Shown here: piece by piece, positions 32,038 to 42,700 of the stretch
Layout: each line of letters begins with the position of its first letter
How positions within the stretch are numbered: the stretch's first letter is position 1
Position numbers and translations under genes: made by a program
The notes under the pieces: generated by a model
Told to the model about the DNA's origin: nothing
The model's database searches: none
Seen by the model: only the letters and a program-made list of their open reading frames with translations
Assembly: GCA_963746845.1 (NCBI GenBank)
Contig: CAVVCZ010000004.1
Coordinates: 928,001 to 992,000, forward strand
DNA length: 64,000 nt
Direction of reading: 5' to 3'
Source of the DNA: an uncultured Chloroflexia bacterium
Lineage (GTDB): Bacteria > Chloroflexota > Limnocylindria > Limnocylindrales > CSP1-4

Positions 32038-35002
32038 CTACCCGGCGATCGGGGCGAGCGGCGCCTCCAGCGGCAGCTCGCCGGCCTCGGCGGCGATGGC
32101 GTCCTCGCGGGTGAGCGGGGTCATCCCCTCCCAGTCGTCGCCGACCTTGATGTCCACGGTGAGCGGCACGTCCAGGGGCAGCGCGCCCTCCATCGTCTCG
32201 CGGACGACGGCCGCCAGACGGTCGACCTCGTCTCGTGGCACCTCGAAGAGCAGCTCGTCGTGGACGCTCAGGAGAAGCCGCGCCCGCAGCCCCTCGGCGG
32301 CGACCCGCTCGGTCGAGCGGATCATCGCGATCTTCTGGATGTCCGCCGCGGTTCCCTGGATCGGCATGTTGATCGCCATGCGCTCGCCCGCCCCGCGCAG
32401 TGCCGGGTTCGAGGCCCGCAGCTCCGGGATCTGACGCTTCCGGCCGAGGAGCGTCTCGACGTACCCCTGGCGCTTCGCCTGCTCCTTGATCTCCATCATG
32501 TAGTAGCTGATCCCGGAGTAGGCCGCGAAGTAGGAGTTGATGAACTCCTGGGCCTCCTTGCGCGGGATGTTCGCCCGTGACGCCAGGCCGAAGTCGCTCA
32601 TCCCGTAGGCCAGCCCGAAGTTGACCATCTTCGCCATCGACCGCTCGCCGTGGGTGATGTCCTCGGGCGCCTTGTGGAGGACCCGCGCGGCGGTCTCGCG
32701 ATGGATGTCCGCGTTCCGCGCGAACGCGTCCTTCAGGTGCTCGTCGCCCGACACGTGGGCGAGGATCCGGAGCTCGATCTGCGAGTAGTCGGCGGCGAGC
32801 AGCGTCAGGTCCGGGGCGCCGGCCACGAACGCCCGCCGGATCCGCCGCCCGAGCGCGGTCCGGATCGGGATGTTCTGGAGGTTCGGGTCCGACGACGACA
32901 GCCGGCCCGTCGCCGCGACGGCCTGGTGGAACGTCGTGTGGAGGCGGCCGTCGGCCTCGGCGATCAGGCTCGGCAGCGCCTCGACGTAGGTCGAGCGGAG
33001 CTTCGTGTAGACCCGCCACTCGAGGAGCTTGTCGACCATCGGATGGGCGGGCCGGAGGTCCTCGAGCACCGACGCATCGGTCGAGTAGCCGGTCTTCGTC
33101 CGCTTGCCCTTCGGCAGGTTCAGCTCGAAGAACAGCACCTGCTCGAGCTGCTTCGGGCTGCCGAGGTTGAACTCGTGCCCGACGTCGACGTAGATCTCGC
33201 GCTCGAGGCGGTCGATCTCGGCGCCGAACTCGCGATCGAGCACGGACAGCGCCTCCCGGTCGAGGGCCACGCCGACCGCCTCCATCCGGGCGAGGACCGG
33301 GATCAGCGGCAGCTCGATGTCGCGGAAGAGTCGGTCGAGACCGACCTCGCCGAGGCGGCGCTCGAGCGGCTCCCGGACGGCCATCGCGGACAGGGCCTCG
33401 ATCCCGGCGCGGGCCGTTGCCGGCAGCTCGGTCGCGGGCGGAAGGATCTGGTCGAGGGTCTCGGCGACGACGTCCGCGATCGTCTGGCTGCGCAGCGCGG
33501 CATTGAGGATGTAGGCGGCGACCTGGGTGTCGAAGGCGATCGGCGTCGCCGGGCCCGCCGAGGTCGTCGGCGAACCGCGCGACGAGGAGCGGCTTCACCT
33601 CGTGGCCGACGAGCGGGATGCCGGACCCCTCGACCAGGTGGCGAAGGGCGTCCGACGCCTCCGCACCCTCCGCCGCGACGACGCGACCGTCCGTGCCGAC
33701 CACCGCCAGCGCGAGCGGCGTGCCACGACGGGGTCGCGGATCGTCGGCGACCAGCGACGCGCCGAGGACGGGTTGCGCGGCGATCCAGTCGGCGAGCTCC
33801 GGGATCCGGTCGGGCCCGCGGACCTCGATGCGGCCGGGATCCACGATCGCGGCGGCGAGGGCCGTCGGGAGATCGCCGTCGGGTTCCGGTGTCGTCGCCG
33901 CGTTGCCGTTCCGGCCGTCCGCCGCCGCGGCCACCGCGGCCGTGCCGTCCGCGGGCGCGGATCGGGCGACCGTGTCGAAGTCCAGGCGCAGCTGCAGTTC
34001 GCCGCTCTCGCGCGCCGGCCCGCGGGAGGCGGCCCAGCCGTCCGGCCGCCCGGCCACGCGGGCCGCCGGCACGTAGCCACTCTCCGCAACGGTCCGGAGC
34101 GCCTCCGAGCGCTGCTCCGCTGACTCGCCGGCCATCGGCGGCAGCCGCTCGATCAGCGTGCGGAACTCGTACTCGCGGAACAGCCGCACAACCGTGTCAC
34201 GGTCGTAGTCGCCGAGCCGCGCCGCCTCCAGGTCGATCTGGATCGGCAGGTCGCGCACGATCCGCGACAGCTCGCGGCCCATGAGGATCTGGTCGACGTG
34301 CTCGCGGAGCTTGTCGCCGAGCTTCGGCGGGGTGACCTGGTCCAGCCGCGCGAGCAGCGAATCCAGCGTCTCGAAGTCCCGGATCAACTTCGCCGCGGTC
34401 TTCTCGCCGACGCCCGGGACGCCCGGGATGTTGTCGGTCGGGTCGCCCTTCAGGGCCTTGTAGTCGACCATCTGGTCGGGTCGCAGCCCGAACCGCTCGT
34501 CGATCTTCGCGACGTCGTACATCACGGTGTTCTCGACGCCGGACCGCGTCGTCATCAGCCGGACCCGTGGCGTCACGAGCTGGAGCATGTCGAGGTCCAC
34601 CGTGACGATCGTCGTCTCGAGGTCGTCGCGCGGATCGAGCTGCTGCGTGATCGTCCCGATGACGTCGTCCGCTTCATAGCCCTGCATCTCGTAGACCGGG
34701 ATCCGGAGCGCCTTGACGATCTCGCGGACCTTCGGGAACTGGTCGCGCAGGTCGTCCGGCATCCGCTGGCGAGTCGCCTTGTAGTCGGCGTACTGCTCGT
34801 GGCGGAACGTCGGGCCGGGCAGGTCGAACGAGACGGCGAGGTAGTCCGGCTGGAGGTCCTGGAGCCCGCGGAGGACGATGCTCGCGAAGCCGAAGGCCCC
34901 GTTGACGAGGTCACCGCGGGACGTCGTGAGCGGCGGAAGGGCGAAGTATCCGCGGTAGACCAGCCCGTAGCCGTCGAGCAGCATCAGGCGTTCGGTGGGC
35001 AC
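32038..35002 (-). CDS. polA: DNA polymerase I (apparent frameshift near 33550)
   Basis: LLDG, YKATR, EADD, GDPTDNIPGVPGVGEKTA; TGRLSSSDPNLQNIP, DYSQIELR, AKMVNFG, QGTAAD, VHDEL. Confidence 0.97.
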
Positions 35003-35048
35003 GGACGGAGTGTACCCGCGGGTCATCCGGGGGTGGCCCGGTGCGGGG

Positions 35049-35903
35049 TCAGGCGGAGCCGTGCTCCCGCCGTCGACCGATGACGAACAGCGCCGCCCCG
35101 AGGGCGATCGCGACGATCGAGACGAGGACGAGCTGAGACGGCCCGGACGTGCCGGCCGGCGGTTCGACCGTCGACGGCGTGCCTCGATCCGTGGTCTTGC
35201 CCGCGCCCGTGTTGACGTCGGCACTCGGGACGGTCGCCACGCCGACCGTGCCCGGGACCGATGCGGCCGGAACCGGGTTGAGGGCGACGGCCTGCGAGCT
35301 CGGCGGCACCCCGGCGTCGGCGATCGAGGCCGCCGGCGCGGCCGACGCGGCTGCCCTTGGTGCCTCCGTGGCGGCCGCGGCCGAGGCCACGGGTCCCCCC
35401 GCCGCTGCAGCACCGGCGCCCGCAGCCCCGCCCGTGCCGGTGTGATCGTTGACGCCGTTGAGCTCCTGGAGATCGCGCGACGGCGCGGCGGCGGGCGCGG
35501 ACGCCGCCGAGCCGAGCGCGCCGAAGTTCAACGGGATCGTGCCCACCAGCAGCCCGACGAGCCCGAAGGTCGCGAGCGCGACCCCGACGGGCCGCGTCAG
35601 CGACGAGCGTTCGAGACCCGCCGGCACGAGGCGTCGCCAGCCCGTCCGTCGCAGGCTAGCGGCCCGATCGGCGGTGAGCCGGTAGTCGCGGCTCGGGGCG
35701 GAGATCGGGGGCGGGACCGACGCCGTTGCATGGGCGATCGCGACGAGATCGGCGTGGAGAGTCGCGCACTCGGCGCAGGAGCCGGTCAGGGCGATGGCCT
35801 GGTCGCGTTCGGTGCCGGCGAGATCGCCGGCGGCGAGCGCGGCCACGAGCATCGGATCGTGGCGGTCGTGGGACGTCGGGGCGACGTCGCGAACGTGGGG
35901 CAT
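35049..35903 (-). CDS. Membrane anti-sigma factor with ZAS-like zinc finger
   Basis: N-terminal H..H...CAEC, central TM, Ala/Pro/Ser-rich segment, second TM; directly downstream of an ECF sigma. Confidence 0.75.
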   Translation of the reverse strand: MPHVRDVAPTSHDRHDPMLVAALAAGDLAGTERDQAIALTGSCAECATLHADLVAIAHATASVPPPISAPSRDYRLTADRAASLRRTGWRRLVPAGLERSSLTRPVGVALATFGLVGLLVGTIPLNFGALGSAASAPAAAPSRDLQELNGVNDHTGTGGAAGAGAAAAGGPVASAAAATEAPRAAASAAPAASIADAGVPPSSQAVALNPVPAASVPGTVGVATVPSADVNTGAGKTTDRGTPSTVEPPAGTSGPSQLVLVSIVAIALGAALFVIGRRREHGSA

Positions 35904-35910
35904 GGGCGTC

Positions 35911-35937
35911 AGACGACCTCCGTGCCGGTGCGGTTCC
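35911..35937 (-). promoter_or_regulatory. ECF-sigma promoter for the anti-sigma gene
   Basis: Minus strand GGAACC-N16-CGTCT then 7 nt to ATG (35903). Confidence 0.65.
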
Positions 35938-35975
35938 GCGCGGACCGCCCGGGGCGGTCCTCGCGCTGGGAACGG

Positions 35976-36635
35976 TCAGCCACGGAAGAGGTCCATCCGC
36001 TCGACGAGCCGGTCGCGCAGTGCCAGGCGGCCCCGATGGATCCGGGACTTCACGGTCCCGAGGGAGACGCCCGTCATCAAGGCGATCTCGGCGTAGTCGT
36101 AGCCCTCGATGTCGAACAGGACGATCGCAGCCCGCTGGTCGTCGGTGATCGTCGAGAGCGCGGCGTTCAGCGCCCGGTGGCGTTCATTCGTCAGCGCCGT
36201 CGTCACCGGATCCGCCTCCTCACCCGCCGGCGGCTGCCAGCTCTCGTCCTCGAGCTCCGGATACGGCTGCGAGGGTCGTCGCTTGCGGGCGCGCTGGATG
36301 TCCATGGCGGCATTGACCGCGATCCGGTTCAGCCAGGACTTCACGCTCCCGCCCCGGAACCCGGACAGGTTCCGGTAGGCCGAGAAGAACGCCTCCTGGA
36401 CGCAGTCCGACGCCTGGTCGCGATCCGGGACCATCCGGACGATCAGGGCGAACAGCTGGTCCTGGTAGCAGACGACGAGGTCGTTGAACGCGTCGAGGTC
36501 GCCGCCCCGCGCCCGCTCGAGCAGGATGAGGTCGCGGCGCTGGACGGGGTCGTCGGCGACCGTGGTCGAGCGAAGGTCCTCCACGGCCAGGGGGTCCCTC
36601 CGGACGGCGATGGTGAGGCGCGGCGAGTCTAGCAT
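35976..36635 (-). CDS. ECF RNA polymerase sigma factor (RpoE/SigW-like)
   Basis: GDLDAFNDLV, DCVQEAF, SWLNRIAVN, GYDYAEIA..GTVKSRIHRGR; start ATG 36635 or GTG 36584. Confidence 0.93.
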   Translation of the reverse strand: MLDSPRLTIAVRRDPLAVEDLRSTTVADDPVQRRDLILLERARGGDLDAFNDLVVCYQDQLFALIVRMVPDRDQASDCVQEAFFSAYRNLSGFRGGSVKSWLNRIAVNAAMDIQRARKRRPSQPYPELEDESWQPPAGEEADPVTTALTNERHRALNAALSTITDDQRAAIVLFDIEGYDYAEIALMTGVSLGTVKSRIHRGRLALRDRLVERMDLFRG

Positions 36636-36706
36636 CGGCTCCCGCGCGAGACGCCTCACCGGACGGCTGAGTTCCCGCCGATCGTGACGCTAGGATTGCG
36701 CACCGC

Positions 36707-36792
36707 GCCGGAGTGGCGGAATGGCAGACGCTGCGGTCTCAAACACCGCTGAGGGCAACCTCGTGTGGGTTCGAATCCCACCTCCGGCACCA
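36707..36792 (+). tRNA. tRNA-Leu(CAA)
   Basis: Acceptor GCCGGAG/CTCCGGC, D-loop GGAATGG, anticodon arm GCGGT-CTCAAAC-ACCGC, long variable arm, GGTTCGAATCC, encoded CCA. Confidence 0.96.
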
Positions 36793-36815
36793 GTCATCGA
36801 TGTGGAGGGTCGGCG

Positions 36816-37835
36816 ATGACCGCGAACCCGGATCCGGCCGGAGCGGATTTCCCGGCCGACCTCCCGGCGCCAGTGGAGGTGTCGGGGCCCGCCCAGCTCG
36901 ACGCCCTGTTCCCGGACGACGCCGCGCTGCGGCACTCGCTCCGGACCTTCGTCGTGCTCCTCGCCCTCGCTGCGTTCATCGCGTCGTTCGGGCTGCTCCA
37001 GGACTCGGTCGCGGCGATCATCGGGGCCATGGTCGTCGCGCCCCTGGGCGGCGCGATCATGGCCCTCGCCGGCGCCCTCGTGACGGGTCGCACGCGGTAC
37101 CAGCTCATCACGTTCGTGGAGGTGCTGCTGGGCGGTCTGATGGTCGTCGGGATCGGGTACCTCGTCGCGTGGGTCCTCCCGGACCCGCTGACGCTCACGC
37201 CGTCGCTCGATGCCCGGACCGCACCGGGAGTGCTGGACCTCGGCGTCGCACTGACGGCCGGGGCCGCGGGTGCCTACGTCGCCGTACGTCGGACCGGGGC
37301 GGACGCCCTGCCCGGCGTCGCGATCGCCGTCTCCCTGGTCCCGCCCCTCGCAACGGTCGGCATCTGCCTGGAGATGCGCCGACTCGACGATGCGGCGGGT
37401 GCGCTCCTCCTGTTCCTGACGAACTTCTCCGCGATCGTCGTCGTCGCCTGCGTCGTGTTCGTCCTGTGCGGTGCCGGACCCAGCCGCGACATGCTCCAGC
37501 AGCGACATCGGCTGCGCACCGGGTTCGTCGTGGCGCTCGGCGCCCTGGTCGTCATCGTCATCCCGCTGGCGTGGCGCGGGGTCCAGCAGTACGAGGTGAC
37601 GGTCCGGAGCGTCGCGGGCGCGCCGATCGTCCGCGACTGGCTGGGCCAGCGCGATCTCCAGGTGACGTCGTGGTCCATCGACGGCAACCACGTGCTGATC
37701 AAGCTGACCGGGTCGGACTCACCCGCCGCCGCAGCGCCCCTCGCGGCCAGGCTGGCGGCGACGTTCGGCGCGCCGGTCGACCTGGAGATCGACTACGTCC
37801 ACGAGGACCGCGACCGGGTGAGCGCGACCCCCTGA
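36816..37835 (+). CDS. DUF389-family membrane protein
   Basis: DSVAAIIGAMVVAPL, LDARTAPGVLDLGVAL, LPGVAIAVSLVPP, LLFLTN. Confidence 0.88.
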   Translation: MTANPDPAGADFPADLPAPVEVSGPAQLDALFPDDAALRHSLRTFVVLLALAAFIASFGLLQDSVAAIIGAMVVAPLGGAIMALAGALVTGRTRYQLITFVEVLLGGLMVVGIGYLVAWVLPDPLTLTPSLDARTAPGVLDLGVALTAGAAGAYVAVRRTGADALPGVAIAVSLVPPLATVGICLEMRRLDDAAGALLLFLTNFSAIVVVACVVFVLCGAGPSRDMLQQRHRLRTGFVVALGALVVIVIPLAWRGVQQYEVTVRSVAGAPIVRDWLGQRDLQVTSWSIDGNHVLIKLTGSDSPAAAAPLAARLAATFGAPVDLEIDYVHEDRDRVSATP

Positions 37836-37926
37836 CCTCCGCGGTCGGGACGGGATGCCCCGGATGTCCGCTTCGACGCAGGCATCGACGCCGAAAGCTG
37901 CCTGGGCACCTCCCTACACTGGGCCG

Positions 37927-38583
37927 ATGCGCCGCGTGATCGCGCCCTCCTGGCATCCGGCCGCCGTCCTCCTGGGCGTCCAGCTCGTCGGCGTCGTCGT
38001 CTTCCCCTTCCTCGAGCAGTCGGCGGGTCAGTCGGCGCTGCAGCTGTTCGGGCTGGTGATCCTGGCGATCGCGGTCCGGGCCGTCCAGGCGTCCCCGGCG
38101 ATCACCGAGATCTCGATCGGGCTCGGCGCGCCGATCATCGCCCTGGTCGTGCTCGAGGTGCTCGACCCGACGAACACGACCTACGAGTTCTGCGCGTCGG
38201 TGCTGCTCGCGGCGTTCTATGCGTACACCAGCTATGCCCTGATCCGGTATCTCCTGCTGGAGCGGACCGTCACGGCGGACACGCTGCTGACCGCCGGTGC
38301 GACGTTCACCGTGGTCGCGTGGGCGTTCGCGTACGTCTACGCGGCAGTCCAGATCCTGTGGCCGGGCGCGTTCACCCCGGGTGCCGGCGGCGAGCCCCAG
38401 ACCTGGTTCGGCCTCCTGTTCCTGTCCTTCACCAACCTGACGAGCGTCGGGCTGTCGGACATCGTGCCGACGCTGTCCTACGCTCGGTCGTTCGTGATGC
38501 TCGAGCAGCTCGCGGGCGTCATGTACGTCGCGTTCGTCATCTCGCGTGTGGTCGGGCTGACCCTCGTCCGCGAGCGATCCTGA
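37927..38583 (+). CDS. Ion channel (Ion_trans_2-like)
   Basis: Multiple TMs; pore region LSFTNLTSVGLSDIVP, EQLAG. Confidence 0.8.
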   Translation: MRRVIAPSWHPAAVLLGVQLVGVVVFPFLEQSAGQSALQLFGLVILAIAVRAVQASPAITEISIGLGAPIIALVVLEVLDPTNTTYEFCASVLLAAFYAYTSYALIRYLLLERTVTADTLLTAGATFTVVAWAFAYVYAAVQILWPGAFTPGAGGEPQTWFGLLFLSFTNLTSVGLSDIVPTLSYARSFVMLEQLAGVMYVAFVISRVVGLTLVRERS

Positions 38584-38592
38584 AACGCCGCC

Positions 38593-39075
38593 GTGACCGT
38601 GCCGGCCGGACCGAGCCTCCAGGAGCGTTACGCGCCCGACGGCCGGTGCTTCGGGTGCGGCCCGGCCAACCCGGCGGGCCTGCACATCGGCAGCCGCCCG
38701 GATCCCGCCGATCCGGCGGTCCTCGTCGCCGTGTTCACGCCGCGACCCGAGCACGAGGCATTCGCCGGCGTCGTGAACGGCGGGATCCTCGGAACCCTGC
38801 TCGACTGCCACGCGAACTGGACCGCGGCCTGGCACCTGATGCGCGAGCGCGGCCTCGACCGGCCGCCCACGACGGTCACGCTCGAGTACGCCATCCGGAT
38901 GCGGCGGCCGACCCCGTCGGATGCGTCGCTGGCGCTCCGGGCGTGGGTCGTCGAGAATGCCTCCGACCGGGCAACGGTCGAAACGCAGATCTCATCCGGC
39001 GGCGTGGTCACGGCCAGCGGTCGGGGAACGTTCGTGGCCGTCGGGCCGGGTCACCCGGCCTACGATCGCTGGTAG
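38593..39075 (+). CDS. PaaI-family hotdog thioesterase
   Basis: CFGCGPANPAGL, GVVNGGILGTLLDCH. Confidence 0.85.
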   Translation: MTVPAGPSLQERYAPDGRCFGCGPANPAGLHIGSRPDPADPAVLVAVFTPRPEHEAFAGVVNGGILGTLLDCHANWTAAWHLMRERGLDRPPTTVTLEYAIRMRRPTPSDASLALRAWVVENASDRATVETQISSGGVVTASGRGTFVAVGPGHPAYDRW

Positions 39076-39083
39076 GAGGCGTC

Positions 39084-39677
39084 ATGTTCCGTCGGTTCCT
39101 GGGTCTCGACAAGCCGGGCGCAACGACCGCACCCGCGACGGCGGCCGCCGGGGCTGCCGCCGCTCCGCCTCCGGGCTCGGCGGCGGAGACCGCGACCGTG
39201 CGGGCGATCGTCGCCCGGCTCGACGCGATGCCGCCGGACCAGGCCCGCTACCTCGCGAGCTTCGCCTACGTGATGAGCCGCGCGGCGAATGCCGATCTCG
39301 ACATCTCCGACGAGGAGACCGCCGTGATGGAGCGCCTCGTCGTCGAGCAGGGCAAGCTCGACGAGGCCGAGGCCGTCCTCGTGGTCCAGATGGCGAAGAT
39401 CCAGGCCCGGACCGTGGGCGACACGGAGGACTTCGTCGTCACGCGCGAGTTCCGCTCGATCTCCACGCCCGAACAGCGCCGCGCGCTCGTCCATTGCTGC
39501 TTCGCGATCGAGGCGGCGGACGGCACGATCAACGCCGCGGAGGCCTCGATCGTCAACGAGATCGCCCGCGAGCTCGATCTCGAGCGCGACGAGGTCAACG
39601 CGATCCGCGACGAGTTCCACGAGCAGCTGTCGGCGGTCCAGGAGCTGCGTCGCGCCGGAGCGGTCACCGGCGACTGA
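39084..39677 (+). CDS. TerB-like protein
   Basis: AANADLDISDEE, AADGTINAAE paired motifs; AGGAGG SD. Confidence 0.78.
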   Translation: MFRRFLGLDKPGATTAPATAAAGAAAAPPPGSAAETATVRAIVARLDAMPPDQARYLASFAYVMSRAANADLDISDEETAVMERLVVEQGKLDEAEAVLVVQMAKIQARTVGDTEDFVVTREFRSISTPEQRRALVHCCFAIEAADGTINAAEASIVNEIARELDLERDEVNAIRDEFHEQLSAVQELRRAGAVTGD

Positions 39678-39702
39678 GCGCCGGAGCGGGGTCGCGCGAA
39701 GG

Positions 39703-42700
39703 TCAGGTGGCGCGAGCCCGCGCGGTTGTGCCCATGGGTGCGCCGTTGAGGCCCGAGAACGTCACGCTGAACGTCGTCGACGCGCCCTTGGCGAGCGTCG
39801 TCGCCAGCGGATGGCCCGTTGTCGCGTTGATCACCGTGCCGAACGCGTTGTAGATCTCCAGGAGGTACGTCACGTTCGATGCCGTCGTCGACGACGTGTT
39901 CTTGATCGTGCCGTCGACCTTCCAGGTCGAGGGCGTCGGCCCGGACGCCGTTCCGCTGACCGTCAGAAGACGGGTCGACGTCGAGGCCGGCGTGCTCGTG
40001 ATCGTGAACTTCACGTAGGCGAAGCCGGCCGGTCGGGCCGCGTTGATCACGAACGGTGAGCGTGACCGCCCGGCCATGACCGTCACGAGCGGGTGCACGG
40101 ATGTCGAGCCGAGAAGCTTGCCGCTCGACGAGTAGAGCTTCGCGGTGATCGTCACCGACCGTGGAGTCGTCGCGGTGTTGAAGACGTCACCGACGTAGCG
40201 CAGCCCGGCCGACGGGGCGCTTGCGACCATGAGGAGCGGAGTCGTCCCGGTGAGTGCCTTCACGGACCAGTGGTAGCTCGTGTCGCTGGACGCCCCGGTG
40301 GTCGAGGCCATCCGGATCGCGTATGTCCCGGGCGTGAGGTTCGCGAGGATCTCCTCCCAGTGGAGGCCGGGCTGGTCGATCGTGGTGATGAGCCCGGAGC
40401 AACCCGAGAACAGCTCGAGGATGCCGTCGACGGGCAGGTCGCCGAGGACGATCCGGTACCAGCCCTTGGCCGCGACGTTGAACCGGATCCAGTCGACGTC
40501 ATCCGTCGAGCCGAACTTGCCCGCCATCGGGTTGCCGGTCGCGGCCTGGACCGGGGCGGCAGCGCACGTCGCGGGCGCATCGCCACCCGTCACGTGGTAC
40601 GTCGCGGTCAGGGTCTGGGGCGAGGCCGGCGCCGTCGCCGTATGGATGAGCGCCTTGCCGTCGGACCAGGACGAGAAGGCGTACATCGTCTCGCCGATCG
40701 CGGCGGTCGCCTGGGCTTCGACCGTCGCCGCATGGCCGACGATCACCGCGGTCGGGCCGACGCTTCCGGTGCCGGCGACGCCGTCGAGGGCGACGGGGAG
40801 CCCGGCCGGGCTCGACACCACGGTCATCGTGGACTGCCTCGGGTGGACATCGATCGTCTCGGTGTCGGTGAGTCCCCCGGAATCCTTCACCGTGACGCTG
40901 ATCCGGAGGTACGAGCCGGCCTCGTGATCTGGCGCGACGATGCTCGTCGACTTGACGCCGGTCGCATCGAGCAGGTCGTGCTCGTGGCAGTCCGACGGGG
41001 TGTGGCAGTGCTGGAGCCCGACGTGCCACGAGAACGCCGACGCAGGCAGCGTGCCGTCGTTGGGGTCCGTGGCGTGAGCCGTGAGGGTGATCGGATCCCC
41101 GACCGCCCAGCAGTTCGTGGTACACGTCGGCGAGTCGATCGTCGCGACCGGCGGCTGGTTCCCGGCGGCGATGCTCCTCGACGTCGTCGCTGTCATCCCG
41201 TTCGAGTCCGTGACCGTCAGGCGGGCCGTCCATGTCCCCGCCGCGTAGGTGTGGCTCGTCGTCTGCCCACTGTCGGTCGAGCCGTCACCGAAGTCCCAGT
41301 CGTACGCGGTGATCGACGCGGGCGCGCTCGACCCGGAGCCGTCGAAGGAGACCGACAGCGGCGCCATGCCCGATGACGGCGTGACGGTGAACGACGCGAT
41401 CGGTGCCGAGTAGCGGATCCGGTGGATGTTCCCGCCGCCGAAGTCGCCGTAGACGATGTTCCCGTTCGGGTCCGTGGTCAGGTCCACGGGTGTTGCCGCG
41501 TTGGATTCGAACGGGATCGCCGTGCCCGTCGGCACGCCGCTGCCATCGACCGGCAGGACGACGATGCAGTTCCGCGAGTAGTCGGCCGCGAACAGGGCGT
41601 TCTTGTACGGGTCGGGATACGAGTTGGTCTCGGCGAACGCGAGCCCGCTGACCGATGCGCCCGCGCTCGTGGCCGGCGGGACCGGCGGGCAGCCGTCACC
41701 GCTCGCCATGTGACCGGACTGGGCGTAGTCGTAGAGCGGAGCGGTCACCGACGGATCGTCGAGGGTCGCACACAGGTTGAGGGTGGTCGTCGTGTAGTAC
41801 GTGCCGGTCTCCGGGCCCTCGTGGCACGGCCAGCCGAAGTTGACCGGGCCGCCTGCGCCGATCGGGTTGGCGAGCCGGTTGACCTCTTCCCAGGTGGAAT
41901 ACCCGACGTCGCCCACGTACAGGTCGGTCGTCCCGGGCCGGAACGTCATCCGGAACGGGTTCCGGAGGCCGTACGCGACCATCCGCTGGCGGATCGGGTC
42001 GCTGTTGCCGATCGCAGGGTTCCCGGACGCCGCTCCGCCGGTTGCCGGATTCAGCCTGAGCACGGTGCCATTCAGGACGGCGGCCTCACCGGCCGGGCGA
42101 CGGAAGCTCTGCGATCGGAGGGCGCCGCCTTCGGCCGTGGGGGCGCTCATCGACCCGCCGAGCCCGCCCGGCGGGTCGCCGCACGGGTTCTTCGGCGTGA
42201 TCGGGCTCGACGTGTTCGGCAGGTTGCCGCCCTTCTGCCCGTAGTCCTGGGCGCCGCCGTTGAAGCTCGCGCCATCGCCACCGCTGACATACAGCATCCC
42301 GTCAGGGCCGAACGCGACCGTCCCGGCCGAGTGGCTCGGGAACTGCTGGCACCAGCCGGTGAGGAGGGTCTGGCGACTCGTGACCACGCCCGTCGCCGGG
42401 TTCACGGTGTCCCGCTCGAGGCGGCTCTGGGAGACGCAGCCGTCGCTCGTGCCACCCGGCGGGGTCGGGCAGGCGTCACCATCGGCGCCCGCGACGCCCC
42501 AGCGCGGGGCCGATCCGCCGGGGATCGCGTCGTAGGCGTACATCAGGTAGATGTAGGGGCTTGACGGCCAGTTCGGGTCGACCGCGAGGCCCAGAAGGCC
42601 GCGATCCCAGTAGTTCATGACATCTGTCCGGATGTCGAGCGTCTGCACCCGCGGGCCGTCCGAGTTGAAGTCGGCGACGGTCGCCCACGACTTGACGATC

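Noticed and set aside
39084-39677. Ter or anti-phage defence operon
   Set aside because: Solitary TerB-like gene with no other ter, dynamin or nuclease partners nearby.
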